Positions 48,098-59,546 of a stretch of DNA of 64,000 nucleotides are shown piece after piece (positions within the stretch are counted from its first letter, which is position 1; each line of letters begins with the position of its first letter). The DNA comes from Naegleria gruberi (taxonomy: Eukaryota). A program made the position numbers and the translations under genes. The stretch lies in assembly GCA_000004985.1 (NCBI GenBank), contig GG738900.1. The stretch is one strand, 5' to 3'. The notes below the pieces were generated by a model that ran no database searches, was not told where the DNA came from, and worked only from the letters and a program-made list of their open reading frames with translations.

Positions 48098-48497
48098 TTT
48101 TTTCTTTTGTGCAACAAAGCAACTTGAAAGATTGTGCCATCAACAACAGTTCAGTGTGTAATAAAGATGACACTTCTTGTGTGATGATGAAGCTTGTTTG
48201 AGGAAGGACCTCAACACCGTGGTCCTCTTTTTTGTGCGAAGGCATTATTGTTCACTTTTTTCCTTAGCCAATTTGTCAAATCACTTACCATACTTTCTAT
48301 TGAGTCCCTTAAAAGGAATTAAATTTGCCATACTTTACTGAAATACAGTTGTGAATTTTCCTGGATCTATTATGTCAATTCTAAACATTCATTATTGTGT
48401 TTAGATCTTCTAGAATAATAAATTATTCAAAACAGGTCAAGTTAATAATTAATAGTTTTTGTTTTTTTATGAAGAGTTAATACAGGTTTGTACAGGT

Positions 48498-51299
48498 TTA
48501 ATATTCATCATCATCAGATCCATAGATTTCGCCCAATTCCCACAAATTCAAACGACGGCTAATGGCAAAATCTTGTTCTTCGAGATAGGACTTGGCAACT
48601 GACTTGAATTCAGACAAAAGGAGCTTCTTATCAGCAAAAACTAATCCACTACGGATCATTTGCTTATTCAAGTTATCTTCTTGCTTGGCACCATTTTGGA
48701 CAAGGGTGACATAGTTTACACCTGCATCAGAATATTCAACAGTTAATTGCCATTCACCTTCCATCAAAGTTTCTCTCAAAAAGGTTTCCAATTCAAATCT
48801 AAGATTTTCGTGATCCTTAACGAAAGCCAAACGAGCCTTTTGAGCACATTCTGGAATAGTGAGGAGTTGATTACCGGCTGGAATAGTCTTGAGAGTTGAA
48901 ATGGCAACTTCTTCGCTGTTACCAAAATCAGAATATAAAACAACAGCATTAGCATTATTGACAGAAATAACCTTAGCTCTGTACCAAGAATTATCTTCAG
49001 TGAATTGGGCAAGACAGACTGAACCAACAGTTGCTGAAGCAAGAGCTTCAAGTTGAGCAACGTTAAGTTCAGCAATCAACTTTTCAACAGTCTTCAACTT
49101 TTCGACAACATCAGAACCTTGGTAGTAGAAAGTAATTGGATCTTCAAAATCGGTAACTCTGATAGTTTGTGTCTTTCTAGAGTGAGAAACAGAGAATGAT
49201 TGAGCAACTGGCTTGGATTTTTGTTCTTGTTCTGGTTGTTCTCTCTTCTTTCTTTCTGGGAAAGCAACAGTGTGATCTTCCAATTTCCAAACACCCTTCT
49301 TGGCCTTCTTAGCCTTACCTTCAGCTTCATTCAATTCTTCAAAGATCTTCAATCTCTTAGCATATGGTTGAACAATAGCAAGACCAGCTTCCAACAAAGT
49401 GTTAGTATAATTCTTACCATTGATCAACATTTGACCAGTGAGTGAGCTAGCCTTATCAACTTCAGCTTCAAGAACGAGTTCAACATCTCTGCATGAAGTA
49501 GAGATCAAAGTAAGTTGCTTAGCTTCTTCAGCCAAATCCTTACCGAGTGGTTTATCAGATGATGGAATAGCAATACCAGCCAATGAGAAAGTGACAACAG
49601 AGGCATCATTTGGAAGACTCAAAACGAATTTAGAAGCAGAAAGAATCTTTTCAACAACAGCCTTAGTGTTACCAGACTTACCAGTCAAAAGCTTGTTCAA
49701 TTTACCAGCAGCATCACCAGAAACAACAGTATATGGATGTTGTGGAGCTCTCTTCTTTCCGTGGAGACCCTTTTGTCTCTTGATGGCTTCATTTTCAGCC
49801 AAAATGAGACTATCAAAAGCAGATGATCTTTCTTCATCAGCCTTAAGCTTCATAACTTCAGCATAACCTTCTCTGACCAATTCAACAGCAACAGATTTCT
49901 TATTGACAAGAACAGTACAGAATCTTCTAAGTTCCTTCTTTTCAGTACCTAATTCTCTTCTATAGTCAACTTCAACTTGAATTTCCTTTCCAGCAACCTT
50001 GCTTCTCAACAATTCTCTAGCTTCCCAAGCCCATTGTTCAGATTCTGGCTTCTGTTCAGCTTGCTTGGAAGCTTCCTTCTTTTCTGGCTTCTTTGTGTAT
50101 GAAATGAATTTCTTGGTTCTAATGTTTGAGAGAGAAATCTTTTCTTCTTGTCCATCATTCTTGACAATCTTCAAAGTATCACCTGAAAGAACTTCCAAAA
50201 CTCTAGCAGTGAAACCAGTGTCAGATTGATGTAATGATTGTTTTGGTGGTTCATAATCAACCCACAAATTCTTTCTTTCATTCTTAGCTTTTTGTTCAGC
50301 ACTTCTGAATCTTGGAGCATACTTAGACTTTGGAGCGCTTCTTTCATCAACAGAAACATATCCGATCATCAAGAGTTCTTCTTGATAAGTGAATGGCTTG
50401 TCACTATTTTCATCAACAGAAATAATAATACTTCCGTGCAAATTGCTTGTCTTTTCCTTTTGTTCCTTAGCATCCTTGCCATCCTTTGATTTATCCTTCT
50501 TTGGAGTATCAATACCTTCGAACAAGACAGTAACATCTCTGTTCAACAAACGAACTTCAGTATGAGTCTTGGCTTCCTTTGAGAATGGTTGAGCAACCTT
50601 TTGTTGAGTTTCTTTACCCTTGGTTGTACTTGGGCAATAAACACCAGTCAAATTCATGAAAACAACTTCATTAGTTGGGAGTCTAACCTTCAAAGCAGTA
50701 CCGCTAATGACATATTCAACAATAACATCAACAGTCTTACCCTTGAATGATTTCAACAAAGCTTGTGGATCTTCAGTCTTGGCTTGTTTGGCATATTTCT
50801 CGCTATTTGACCAAACACCAATCTTTTGTTCTTCAGCAGCTTTTTGGAGAGCAATCAATTTCTTATAATCATCAGATTGATTCTTAATATCCTTGACTTT
50901 ACCCCAACCAGCTTCAACAACAGATTCATTAATATTTTCATCATCCAAGAAGATTGTAGCATAGTTCATTCCTGTTTCCTTGACAGTGTAATCGACTCTG
51001 AATCTAATGGTTTTACCAATGAGTTTCTTTCTCAAGAATTCTCTTGCTTCAAAAGCCCAAGGCTATTATTGTTGTAAAGTAAATTAAACACAACAAATGT
51101 GTGTGAATTAGATTATTGTTCTAGTTATCAATGATTTTCACAAAGAAATACTTACTTCATCTTCTCCATCTTTTGTACCTAAACGTGGTGCTTTAACATC
51201 AGCAAGGATTAAAGTCTTTTCTCTATCGTAGAATTGTGGATGGCAGATTTTAATAGTGTTACCACCAAGGACTGCTTTGACGATACCTTCCATAGACAT
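48498..51299 (-). CDS. Tudor-SN (SND1, staphylococcal nuclease domain-containing protein), about 902 aa. Exons are 51156..51299 and 48498..51062 (intron 51063..51155).
   Basis: Exon 1 MSMEGIVKAVLGGNTIKICHPQFYDREKTLILADVKAPRLG matches the Tudor-SN N-terminus. Exon 2 has four SNase-like repeats and a Tudor domain (...CLAQFTEDNSWYRAKVISV...). The GTAAGT donor and AATAG acceptor both sit in phase 0. Confidence 0.85.
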
Positions 51300-51878
51300 T
51301 TTTTTATAAACTTAAACACCGATTAAATAATGGTGGGATTTTTAAAACACAGTAATATACTTTGTAGCTAAAAAGCTAAATAGTATCAAAACAAAAGACT
51401 ACTAAACAGAAAAATAAAGAGTGATGATGAGATTCCACAAAGCAGATATACCTTATGGAGTCAAGGAGGGTTTTGGATTTTTTTTAAGAGTGAAAAATAA
51501 ATATTTTATTGTTGCTCCATCAATATGATCACAGGAGGTTTTTTCTTTGTGTTTTTGCCACGTATCGCAAAAAGCCTTCCGTCCAGCTCTGTTTACAATA
51601 TCCAACCACGAACCATAGCAACTTCTTCATTGACCTGTACACACAAAAATTAATTAGAAAGGACCTTTTTGCAACCATGTCGATTATCATAACTAATTAA
51701 TATTTTCATTCATCATCATGTATGAAGTATCATTAGCAACAATGAAGCTGCATACATTGATCAATTTGATTATTACATTTGGAAATTTAACGTGATTGAC
51801 CTGCCACATGCATTTCTTCTCAATCCATAAACCTAATATGAGTGAATAATAATATTACAAAGATCATCATGATACAAT

Positions 51879-53474
51879 TTATTTAGTCTTTTTAGATGGT
51901 TTTTCCGAATCTCCTGATGACTTCTTTCGTTTTCTTGTAGTTCCATCATCCTTAGCATCCAATCCAGCTTCCTTCAGAAGAGCAGCAGTTTCTGACTCCA
52001 AATCATCTTCATCTTCATCACTGGCATCTTCGTCTTCTTCATCAGATTTGCCAACAAAGTCTTCATCATCTTCTTCATCATCATCTCCCATAATTTGATC
52101 CATTTTAATCTTATCATCTCTGATATCTTTTTCTGTTTTGAGGTCCTTACTCTTTAAGAATTCTGACAATAGTTCACTTTCATTTTGATCAATATTCAAA
52201 AAGGTGTGACTCTTGCCATTCTTCAAAATAATTGACAAATCAAAGAATCTATTACCACTAGAAGCTCTAAGGAATTTGATTAATTTGATTTCATCATGTC
52301 TTATATAAATAACTGGTTTGTGTAAGAAAAAGACTGATTTTTCAAGGAAGAATAATTGACCTTCGTTGGCCTTAAGTGAACATTTCAATGCCTTATCATT
52401 TCCATGTGTAACATATTTACCAGATCCGATAAGTTTCTTCTTAGTTAGTGATCTCAAAACTTTAGCAAAAACTTCATAGATCTTTCCATTCATCTTAGGA
52501 GTCAAATCTCCCATTTCATTCTTTTCTAATTTAATAGAAAGTGGTTCATCCAATGTTTTGTGTTTTTCAATTTGGAATACAATGTGGAAGTGTGATTTTT
52601 GTCCTTGTCTGAATGGTGTATCTAAACTAATGACAAGGTACATGTGTTGGTCACCAGGTTTTGGAAGAAGGAAGAGTGTGGAAATTTGTTTGTATGTAAT
52701 CTTGTGTACATAGGTTCTACCATAGAGCCTGAGATGGCTCTTGAATAAGTCAACATTGTATTTACCTCTAGGAATGAGAACTGGCATTTGTGAAAATGAT
52801 GCAACAGGTGTTCCCAAATCTTTAGAAAGATCAGCTTTTTGTGAAATCTTTTCATGTAAAGCATCTGCTGTCATATCTTTGATTGCTAGATTCTTTTCTT
52901 CTTGTTCCTCTTCATCCTGATCTTCTGCTGGTTCGGATGTTTCAGGACAAACAAAACGAATTTCTGTCAATTGGATTGAATTCTTATCTGTATGTTCATC
53001 ATCTCTAAATTCCAAAAGTAATTCGGAGTTCTTTGGTATCTTTTGGCAATTTTTAATATCATCAGCAAGTGAAATTGAAAATAATTCCTTGTCTTCAAAG
53101 TACATCATCATATGACTACCTTTAATGACAGGTTTTCCCCAGTTAACACCCTTCATACAAGTTTCTACCTTGTTGAAAGGAATATCACTTTCGACTTGGA
53201 CTTGAACAATTTGTGATTCCAACTGTTCATAATCGGCTTCTTTGAATCCTAGGTAGCTAACAAAATCGTCATCAGCTTTCCAAAGTCTCAACTCGTATCC
53301 TCTAGGTGTGTATAACCAATCAATTGATGAAATTTCACTTTTTTTAACGGCTGAAATGATCGATTCGTTCCCAACAGATTTCCAAACAAACATTTCTTCA
53401 TTCTTTGCATCAACAATAATAGAACCTTGAGTGAAGGATCTACCGAGAAATATGTGAGAAAACTCCTTTGACAT
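51879..53474 (-). CDS. FACT complex subunit SSRP1/Pob3-type, with no HMG box, 531 aa, single exon.
   Basis: Collinear with SSRP1 over its length. [10 protein letters not shown] matches [75 protein letters not shown] matches [79 protein letters not shown] matches YVHKPPVHIRFDEI. An acidic/basic C-terminal tail follows. Confidence 0.9.
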   Translation of the reverse strand: [531 protein letters not shown]

Positions 53475-53643
53475 TTTTTTTTAAATTTTTTTGAATTAGT
53501 TTTTTTGTATTGGCGGGAAAAGTGAAAGCCAAATTATTAGTTGTTCAACCAGATTATGGAAACACAATCCAGTTTCTGTGTGAGTTGAAGGGAGAAATGT
53601 TTATTCAATTTAATATTTAATTAGATAATACATTTATTTACAT

Positions 53644-54494
53644 TTAGAATTTCATACAATTGTAGAAAGCATATCCTAGGGCAGTATCTGGATCTTCAAC
53701 TGCAACCATAAACTCTTCATAGTCAATAGCTCCACTTCCATCCAAATCCATTCTATCGAAGGCAACTGACAAGTGCTTTTCGAGAGTATGCCATCTTTCA
53801 GAACTCAATCTATAACCGTTCATTTTAGCTTGACCAACATAGAATCTCTTAAAGAAGGATAATAATTCATTCTTTTCAACAGTTCCATCATTGTTGATAT
53901 CAATCAAGTTGTAAACGACTATAATGTACATGATCATTATTATGTAAAATTGAATGAACAAGATCATATTGATGAATCAATCGCAATCAATTAAAAGTTG
54001 TATAATAATTGAACAACTTACATTTCAATAATTCCTTCTTATCGGTAAAGAGAGTACCACTCAAACCAGTAGCTAATTCTACAAAATCTACGTAACCACT
54101 CTTATCAGCATCAAATACATCAAAGATCTTATCTATCGAAACTAAATCACTTTCGGAATGAGAACCTAGAGTTTTGACCACAACTTGTTCAAATTGTGGC
54201 TTGCTTAGTCTACCCTTACTATCACTGCTCTTTTTAAAACTTGCCAACAAAACCTTCATATTAGATGGAGTTACTATTGTTGGATGGAAAATTGGAAAAT
54301 TGGTTGATAATTAATTAAGAGAAATACAACTTACATTTCAAATTCCTTGATGATTCCTTGAGAACATTTCCACCATTTGATGTTTGGTTTGGAGAAGAGT
54401 TTTCCATATCAACACCCTTCACTGAGCCCAACCTTGGTCTGGCCTTCTTCTTACTATTCATCAATTCCTGCAAGAGTTCTTCTGCGTTACTCAT
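53644..54494 (-). CDS. EF-hand calcium-binding protein (calcineurin-B/CHP-like), about 227 aa, with three exons: 54335..54494, 54022..54273 and 53644..53918.
   Basis: Three canonical EF loops are present: DADKSGYVDFVE, DINNDGTVEKNE and DLDGSGAIDYEE. The GTAAGT donors at both introns, the AATAG and TTATAG acceptors, and the phase-1 junctions all preserve the frame. Confidence 0.7.
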
Positions 54495-54898
54495 TTTTTA
54501 TTTGTGTTTGTATCTCCAAGTTCCTTAGGACCAATCTTTTTGTTGGTGCCTCCTCTCTCTCAATAAGCACCACACAGTACAACATCAAGCCAGGTCAAAT
54601 AAAACATTTGAACGGGTTTAATGTGTTTATTTGAGACCAGGTGATTAGAGATTCAACTAGATTCAACTGTTAATTATGGATGTGCTTTGAACGGTATATT
54701 TACAACAGGTTCTGTCAATGGTCATTAAGTGGTTGCAAATAAATATTGGAGATTGGTTTCGAGATTCTTGGATGAGAATCAAGTTTGATACAAAGTACCC
54801 GATCTAAATGATTCACTCGACATCTAAATGTGGTAGATCTTCCTCGTATTCTTGTCTTATACTCAATAAATTCATTTCCAATAATGTTCTTGAAAAAG

Positions 54899-56773
54899 TT
54901 ATTTTATTCTTGGTGAGTTAACTGTTTTCCTAGGTGTAGTTGGTGATCTAATTGGGGAGATTTTATCAAAACTCTCATCCAAAGAATTATTCATTGATCT
55001 TCTGGGCGATTGAGCATCAAAACTTGGGAGAGTGACATCATTAGCTTGATTATGCTTATTGGCGCTCCTCTCTGCTCTCTGAATGACCTCTTTAACAAAT
55101 GTTTTCAGTTCTAGAATTTTGGTGAGAACTTCAGAGTCTCTCTCGAAATAGATCCCACCCAAAGTTACTAGGAGAGACTTTTCGAGGAGAAATATGGCCT
55201 TTTCAATTTGTTGCATGAGAGAAACGAGTCTATACCTCTCCTTGACAATTGACCCCTCACCAAATGAGCTTCTGTTTTGCAACAATTCGACTTGAGTTGT
55301 TAGTTTCATCTTCTCCTCTTGCCAAGCTTGCTTTTCCATTTGGAGATATCTGAGATCTTCCTCAATACTCTCCTTTTCCTTGTTGAGAGCAAGAACCTTA
55401 TCAGAAATGGTGTCGAGTACACTTTTTACCTTTTTACATTCGTCTTGACCTTCCACTAATGACTTTTGTAATCCTATATTCTTCTGCTGCAAGAGATCAA
55501 TATCGAACATTTTCTTTGAAAGTTCATTACTCACTCTATCATATTGCTCATTCATTTCTTCCAACTCCTCAGCTGTAATTTTGAGACTGTTGTCGAGCAA
55601 TTCTGATTTTTTTTGCAAAGCCAATTTTTCTTCTTCTATTTCCTGTCTCAAATTCAGAACTTGCTCAAGAGCCTCCTCAAGTTGCATGACAATGCCTTCT
55701 TTTTCTTTCAATTGAGAGAGTAATTTCTTCTTTTCCTCTGTTGAACCTTCCTTAGAGTTGGAAATTTCATGTTCAAGATCTGAAATTTTGATTCGTTCTG
55801 CCTCAAGTGTTTTTTCCAAGCCTGCTCTAACATCAGAAACTTGTTTCTCCTTCTCATCGAGAGAGTTTGATAAATTTTTAATGTCATCCAACAGTTTTAC
55901 TTCCTTCTCCTCAAACTTTTTAACAGTTTCCTTCTTATCTTCAATGAGGTGGTCTATTTCTCCTCTCAGGTTTTTTAAAGATCTCTTAGATAGGCACAAC
56001 AGGATGGAGCAAATTGCAAGTAAGAGTATGGAAACAGCCGATGTCAAACTCAAAACTACTGGAGTTTGAGCGGAAAACATTTGAGCCAGTGCAACTTGAC
56101 CTGCTCTTGGTTGCTCCACTGTAACGAGTGAGGAATGTATTGTTTGAACTTCAAAGAGTTCAGTCAATTCCAATTTGGATTCCTTATTAAGACCACTATC
56201 CAATTTTTTAAATATATCGACCGATAATTGTCCACATTTGTCCAGAGTTTCCTTAAGACTATTTCTCACTTTTGAATCCTTCGTTTGGAGTCTATTCTCG
56301 ACGAATGAAACAACTTGTTTTGCTATTATCATTTCAACAATTATATCGGAGCAGTGAGGCACTGCTTCTAATTCTTTGATTGCATTCTCCAGTGTTTCTC
56401 TCTTTTTCAATTCTTCAACTTCAGTACTAAATCTGACCTTGTATGCTTTGAGGTCACTAGGGTTAAACATTAATGGTATTCCAAAGCATTCCTTATTTAC
56501 ACTCGCAATTTGAAGCTCTAACAATTCTGTTATCTTGTCAGAGTTGTTCTCATTCCTATATAACGAAACCACCCTATCAAATATTATATTCTTTGCTAAT
56601 TGTCTGTGGCATTTGGCTAATTGTTTGTTGTTTTGATGTTGTGCTGAAATAAACCCTGAACATATTATCAACACTATTGATGCAACTGCTAGGGTTAATT
56701 TAAACATTGAGCCATTCCCCGAAACATTGTTTCTTCTATCATGATGAGCTGAAAAGTATCCTTTCATGGACAT
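54899..56773 (-). CDS. Type-I membrane protein with a long cytoplasmic coiled coil, 624 aa. It has a signal/anchor, a roughly 230-aa extracellular region, a TM helix and a roughly 370-aa heptad-rich tail. No family assigned.
   Basis: The N-terminus has a hydrophobic segment LTLAVASIVLIICSGFISA and a central TM VVLSLTSAVSILLLAICSILLCL, followed by E/K/L-rich heptad repeats. Confidence 0.5.
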   Translation of the reverse strand: MSMKGYFSAHHDRRNNVSGNGSMFKLTLAVASIVLIICSGFISAQHQNNKQLAKCHRQLAKNIIFDRVVSLYRNENNSDKITELLELQIASVNKECFGIPLMFNPSDLKAYKVRFSTEVEELKKRETLENAIKELEAVPHCSDIIVEMIIAKQVVSFVENRLQTKDSKVRNSLKETLDKCGQLSVDIFKKLDSGLNKESKLELTELFEVQTIHSSLVTVEQPRAGQVALAQMFSAQTPVVLSLTSAVSILLLAICSILLCLSKRSLKNLRGEIDHLIEDKKETVKKFEEKEVKLLDDIKNLSNSLDEKEKQVSDVRAGLEKTLEAERIKISDLEHEISNSKEGSTEEKKKLLSQLKEKEGIVMQLEEALEQVLNLRQEIEEEKLALQKKSELLDNSLKITAEELEEMNEQYDRVSNELSKKMFDIDLLQQKNIGLQKSLVEGQDECKKVKSVLDTISDKVLALNKEKESIEEDLRYLQMEKQAWQEEKMKLTTQVELLQNRSSFGEGSIVKERYRLVSLMQQIEKAIFLLEKSLLVTLGGIYFERDSEVLTKILELKTFVKEVIQRAERSANKHNQANDVTLPSFDAQSPRRSMNNSLDESFDKISPIRSPTTPRKTVNSPRIK

Positions 56774-57186
56774 TACCGTAAGAGAGTTATTATTGGGAGA
56801 TGGTGCTTGTGGGGTCTACACGAAAAACAGTAAGGGTTGTTGTTTTTGATTTTTTTTTCAAATTTTGGCGCCAACTTTAGTTGTCACTCAATGACCATTA
56901 ATCTTTCCATCATCATCATGATCTTTAAATATTATTATTAATATTATTGCATTAATAATCTGAATGTCATTACAAGTAGATCAATATTCCTAACCCCATA
57001 AGAACCTTCAAAACTTGTTCTTCTAATTTGAAGAAGCACTAAAGATTACAAAAAAATTGTTCGATTTAAAAGCCTCGGACAATAAACCATTACTCATCAC
57101 ACAATTAACATGTTATTTGGAGTTGTTTACACTTGATAGTGAAACACATGACGAATAGGAAGTTGATTCTCCGATAGTTGAAAAAA

Positions 57187-59193
57187 ATGCAAGAAGAATC
57201 TTCACCACTCGTTACTTCATCATCATCAACATCAAATCAACATGCTGCTGCCGATCATGAGGAATCATCTTCTTATAATAATAACACGTCAACTCCCACC
57301 CTGATTGAGGAGGATTATGGAGTGTATAAGAAACAACGACATCCTATCATTGTCAAGTTTTTGCAATTTAAACAATTCTATCAATCGGAAAAGTTGAGAA
57401 AAGTTCGGAGATGGATTGCATTTGTTATTGGTGCTGCCATGATGATTGCTGCTGGAACACAGTATGCATTTTCATCGATTAGTCCTTCTTTGAAAAAGTA
57501 AGTTGTGTGAAAAAGATCAATATATTTACCTAGTAATAATTATTTTAATTATTAATCATTGGAATATTAAAATAGACGATTTGATTTGACTCAAACGGAG
57601 GTGAATACTATTGGAACAGCAGCAAATTTGGGAACTAATTTCAGTTTTCTCTTTTCTTTGGTGAATGATTTTCTTGGAGCTCGTTCTTGTAGTTTTGTTT
57701 CTGGTGCCTTCTTGTTTGGATCTTATTTTCTGATGGCATTGACAGTTTCTGGAGCTATTCCAGGAGCAGAGAATTATATTGCACTTTCTGCATTCATGTT
57801 TATTATGGGTAATAGTAGTGGTGGAGCTTATACAGGTAGGTTTCGTATTGAGCTTTTTGAATTTATTATTTGCAGCTGCCATGACAACAAGTGTGAAAAA
57901 TTTTCCTGAAAGAAATAGAGGATTAGTAGTTGGTGTTCTTGCCTCATTCTTTGGTATCAGTAGTGCCATTTATTCTGGCTCATATCAGTATATTTTCCAA
58001 TTGCAATTACAACCTTACATGATATTTTGTGCCGTTTTGGGAGGAATAGTTGTCTTGATTTTGGGAACTGTATTTTTGGATGGAAAGTCTTCAGCCGATA
58101 AAAATGATGCTGGGAAGAAGGTATCTACTGCCAATACCATTAATTCATCTCAACAAGAAGCCACCACCACCTCTGAGGAAGGAAAGCCAATAGTTGTGGA
58201 TCCAAGCACTGGTGAGCTACCTGCAGAACAAACTTTGGAATCTACAACAATGATGGAAGAGGATACTCAAACCTATGAAGAAGATGAACTCAGGGAAAAA
58301 TTACAACAATTGGAAATTCCAAATGTTAACTCTTTGAAGATGCTCATTTCACTTGATTTCTGGCTTGCTTTTTTGGTTATTTTCATTGTAAGTGTGTGAA
58401 ATTTTAGATTTAACAATATATTTTTATAATTTACCTCTAATATAATAGGTTGTTGGATCAGGAATTACTGTCATTAACAATTTAGGATCACTCGTATTGG
58501 CCTATGGTGGATACAATGGCCAACAAAACATGATGGTGATTGTCTTTTCAATTTGTAATTGTTTGGGAAGATTACTTTTTGGTATCTTGAGTGACAAGTT
58601 ACTTTCTCCAAAGAGAGGTATCACTAGAATTACATTCCTTTCCATTTGTATTGTCATGATGACAGTCATTCAATTCTTATTTGCCGTGATGCCTCTTGAA
58701 GGTTTTTATCCACTTATCATTTTCTTGGGTGTAAGTTTTACTAAATTTTACAAAAAATTGTAAATCAAACGTGAACACCAATCAATTCATTCAAATTTGT
58801 CTCATAACTTTCCAGATTTGTTATGGAGGAACATATGCACTGACACCAACATTCAACAGTGAAAGATTTGGAGCTAAATATTTTGGTATGAATTCTACAA
58901 TTCAATCAATGGCAGCAAGTTTAGGATCCTATGCATTCTCAACTGGATTGGCCGGCTATTTGTATCAAGTTAATATTGAAAAACCAAGAACTCTAACATG
59001 TCATGGTAGACCTTGCTATGAAGCAACTTTCTACATTTTATCTCTTCTTGGTTGTGTTGCCCTGATTATTTCCTTAATTTTACACAAGAGAACTTTGTGG
59101 TTATACAAGACATTGTATAAGAGAAGACATTATGCAACGCTATTGGATCGATTGATTTCAAATAATGGAAAGAGTACAACTAAAAACATATAA
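57187..59193 (+). CDS. Nodulin-like / major facilitator superfamily transporter with five exons: 57187..57497, 57576..57835, 57876..58387, 58449..58730 and 58816..59193.
   Basis: RWIAFVIGAAMMIAAGTQYAFSSISPSLKK together with LTQTEVNTIGTAANLGTNFSFLFSLVNDFLG forms a Nodulin-like N-terminal domain split by intron 1. VKNFPERNRGLVVGVLASFFGISSAIYS follows. There are about 12 TM helices and a central hydrophilic loop. All four introns (78, 40, 61 and 85 nt) have GTAAGT/GTAGGT donors and AG acceptors that restore one frame. The ORF track start is a TTG; the first ATG is 57187. Confidence 0.8.
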
Positions 59194-59546
59194 ACATGAT
59201 ATCTATTGAGAGGTTTATCTTTGATTGAGATTCGTATTGAACGTGCGGGAAAGTCCAATATAGGTTTCCAATATATCAACATGACGGTTATTGGAACATC
59301 TCTAGCAAATTAGAATACTACGGTTGCTTTTATTAGTTTTGAGGTTTCATGATGTTATTGACTGAAGTTTTGTTGTTAGCCGCACGACATTAAAAGACTT
59401 TTCAAAAAACAAAAGAAATCAAAAACCTCAATCGATTCTTATTCGGAATCACACATCTTTTGTATAAGGCACATTGAAGCAAAAATACTGTACAACATTT
59501 TTTATTAGAAACATAGAAGAAACTATCAGAAAACACAACAACAAGA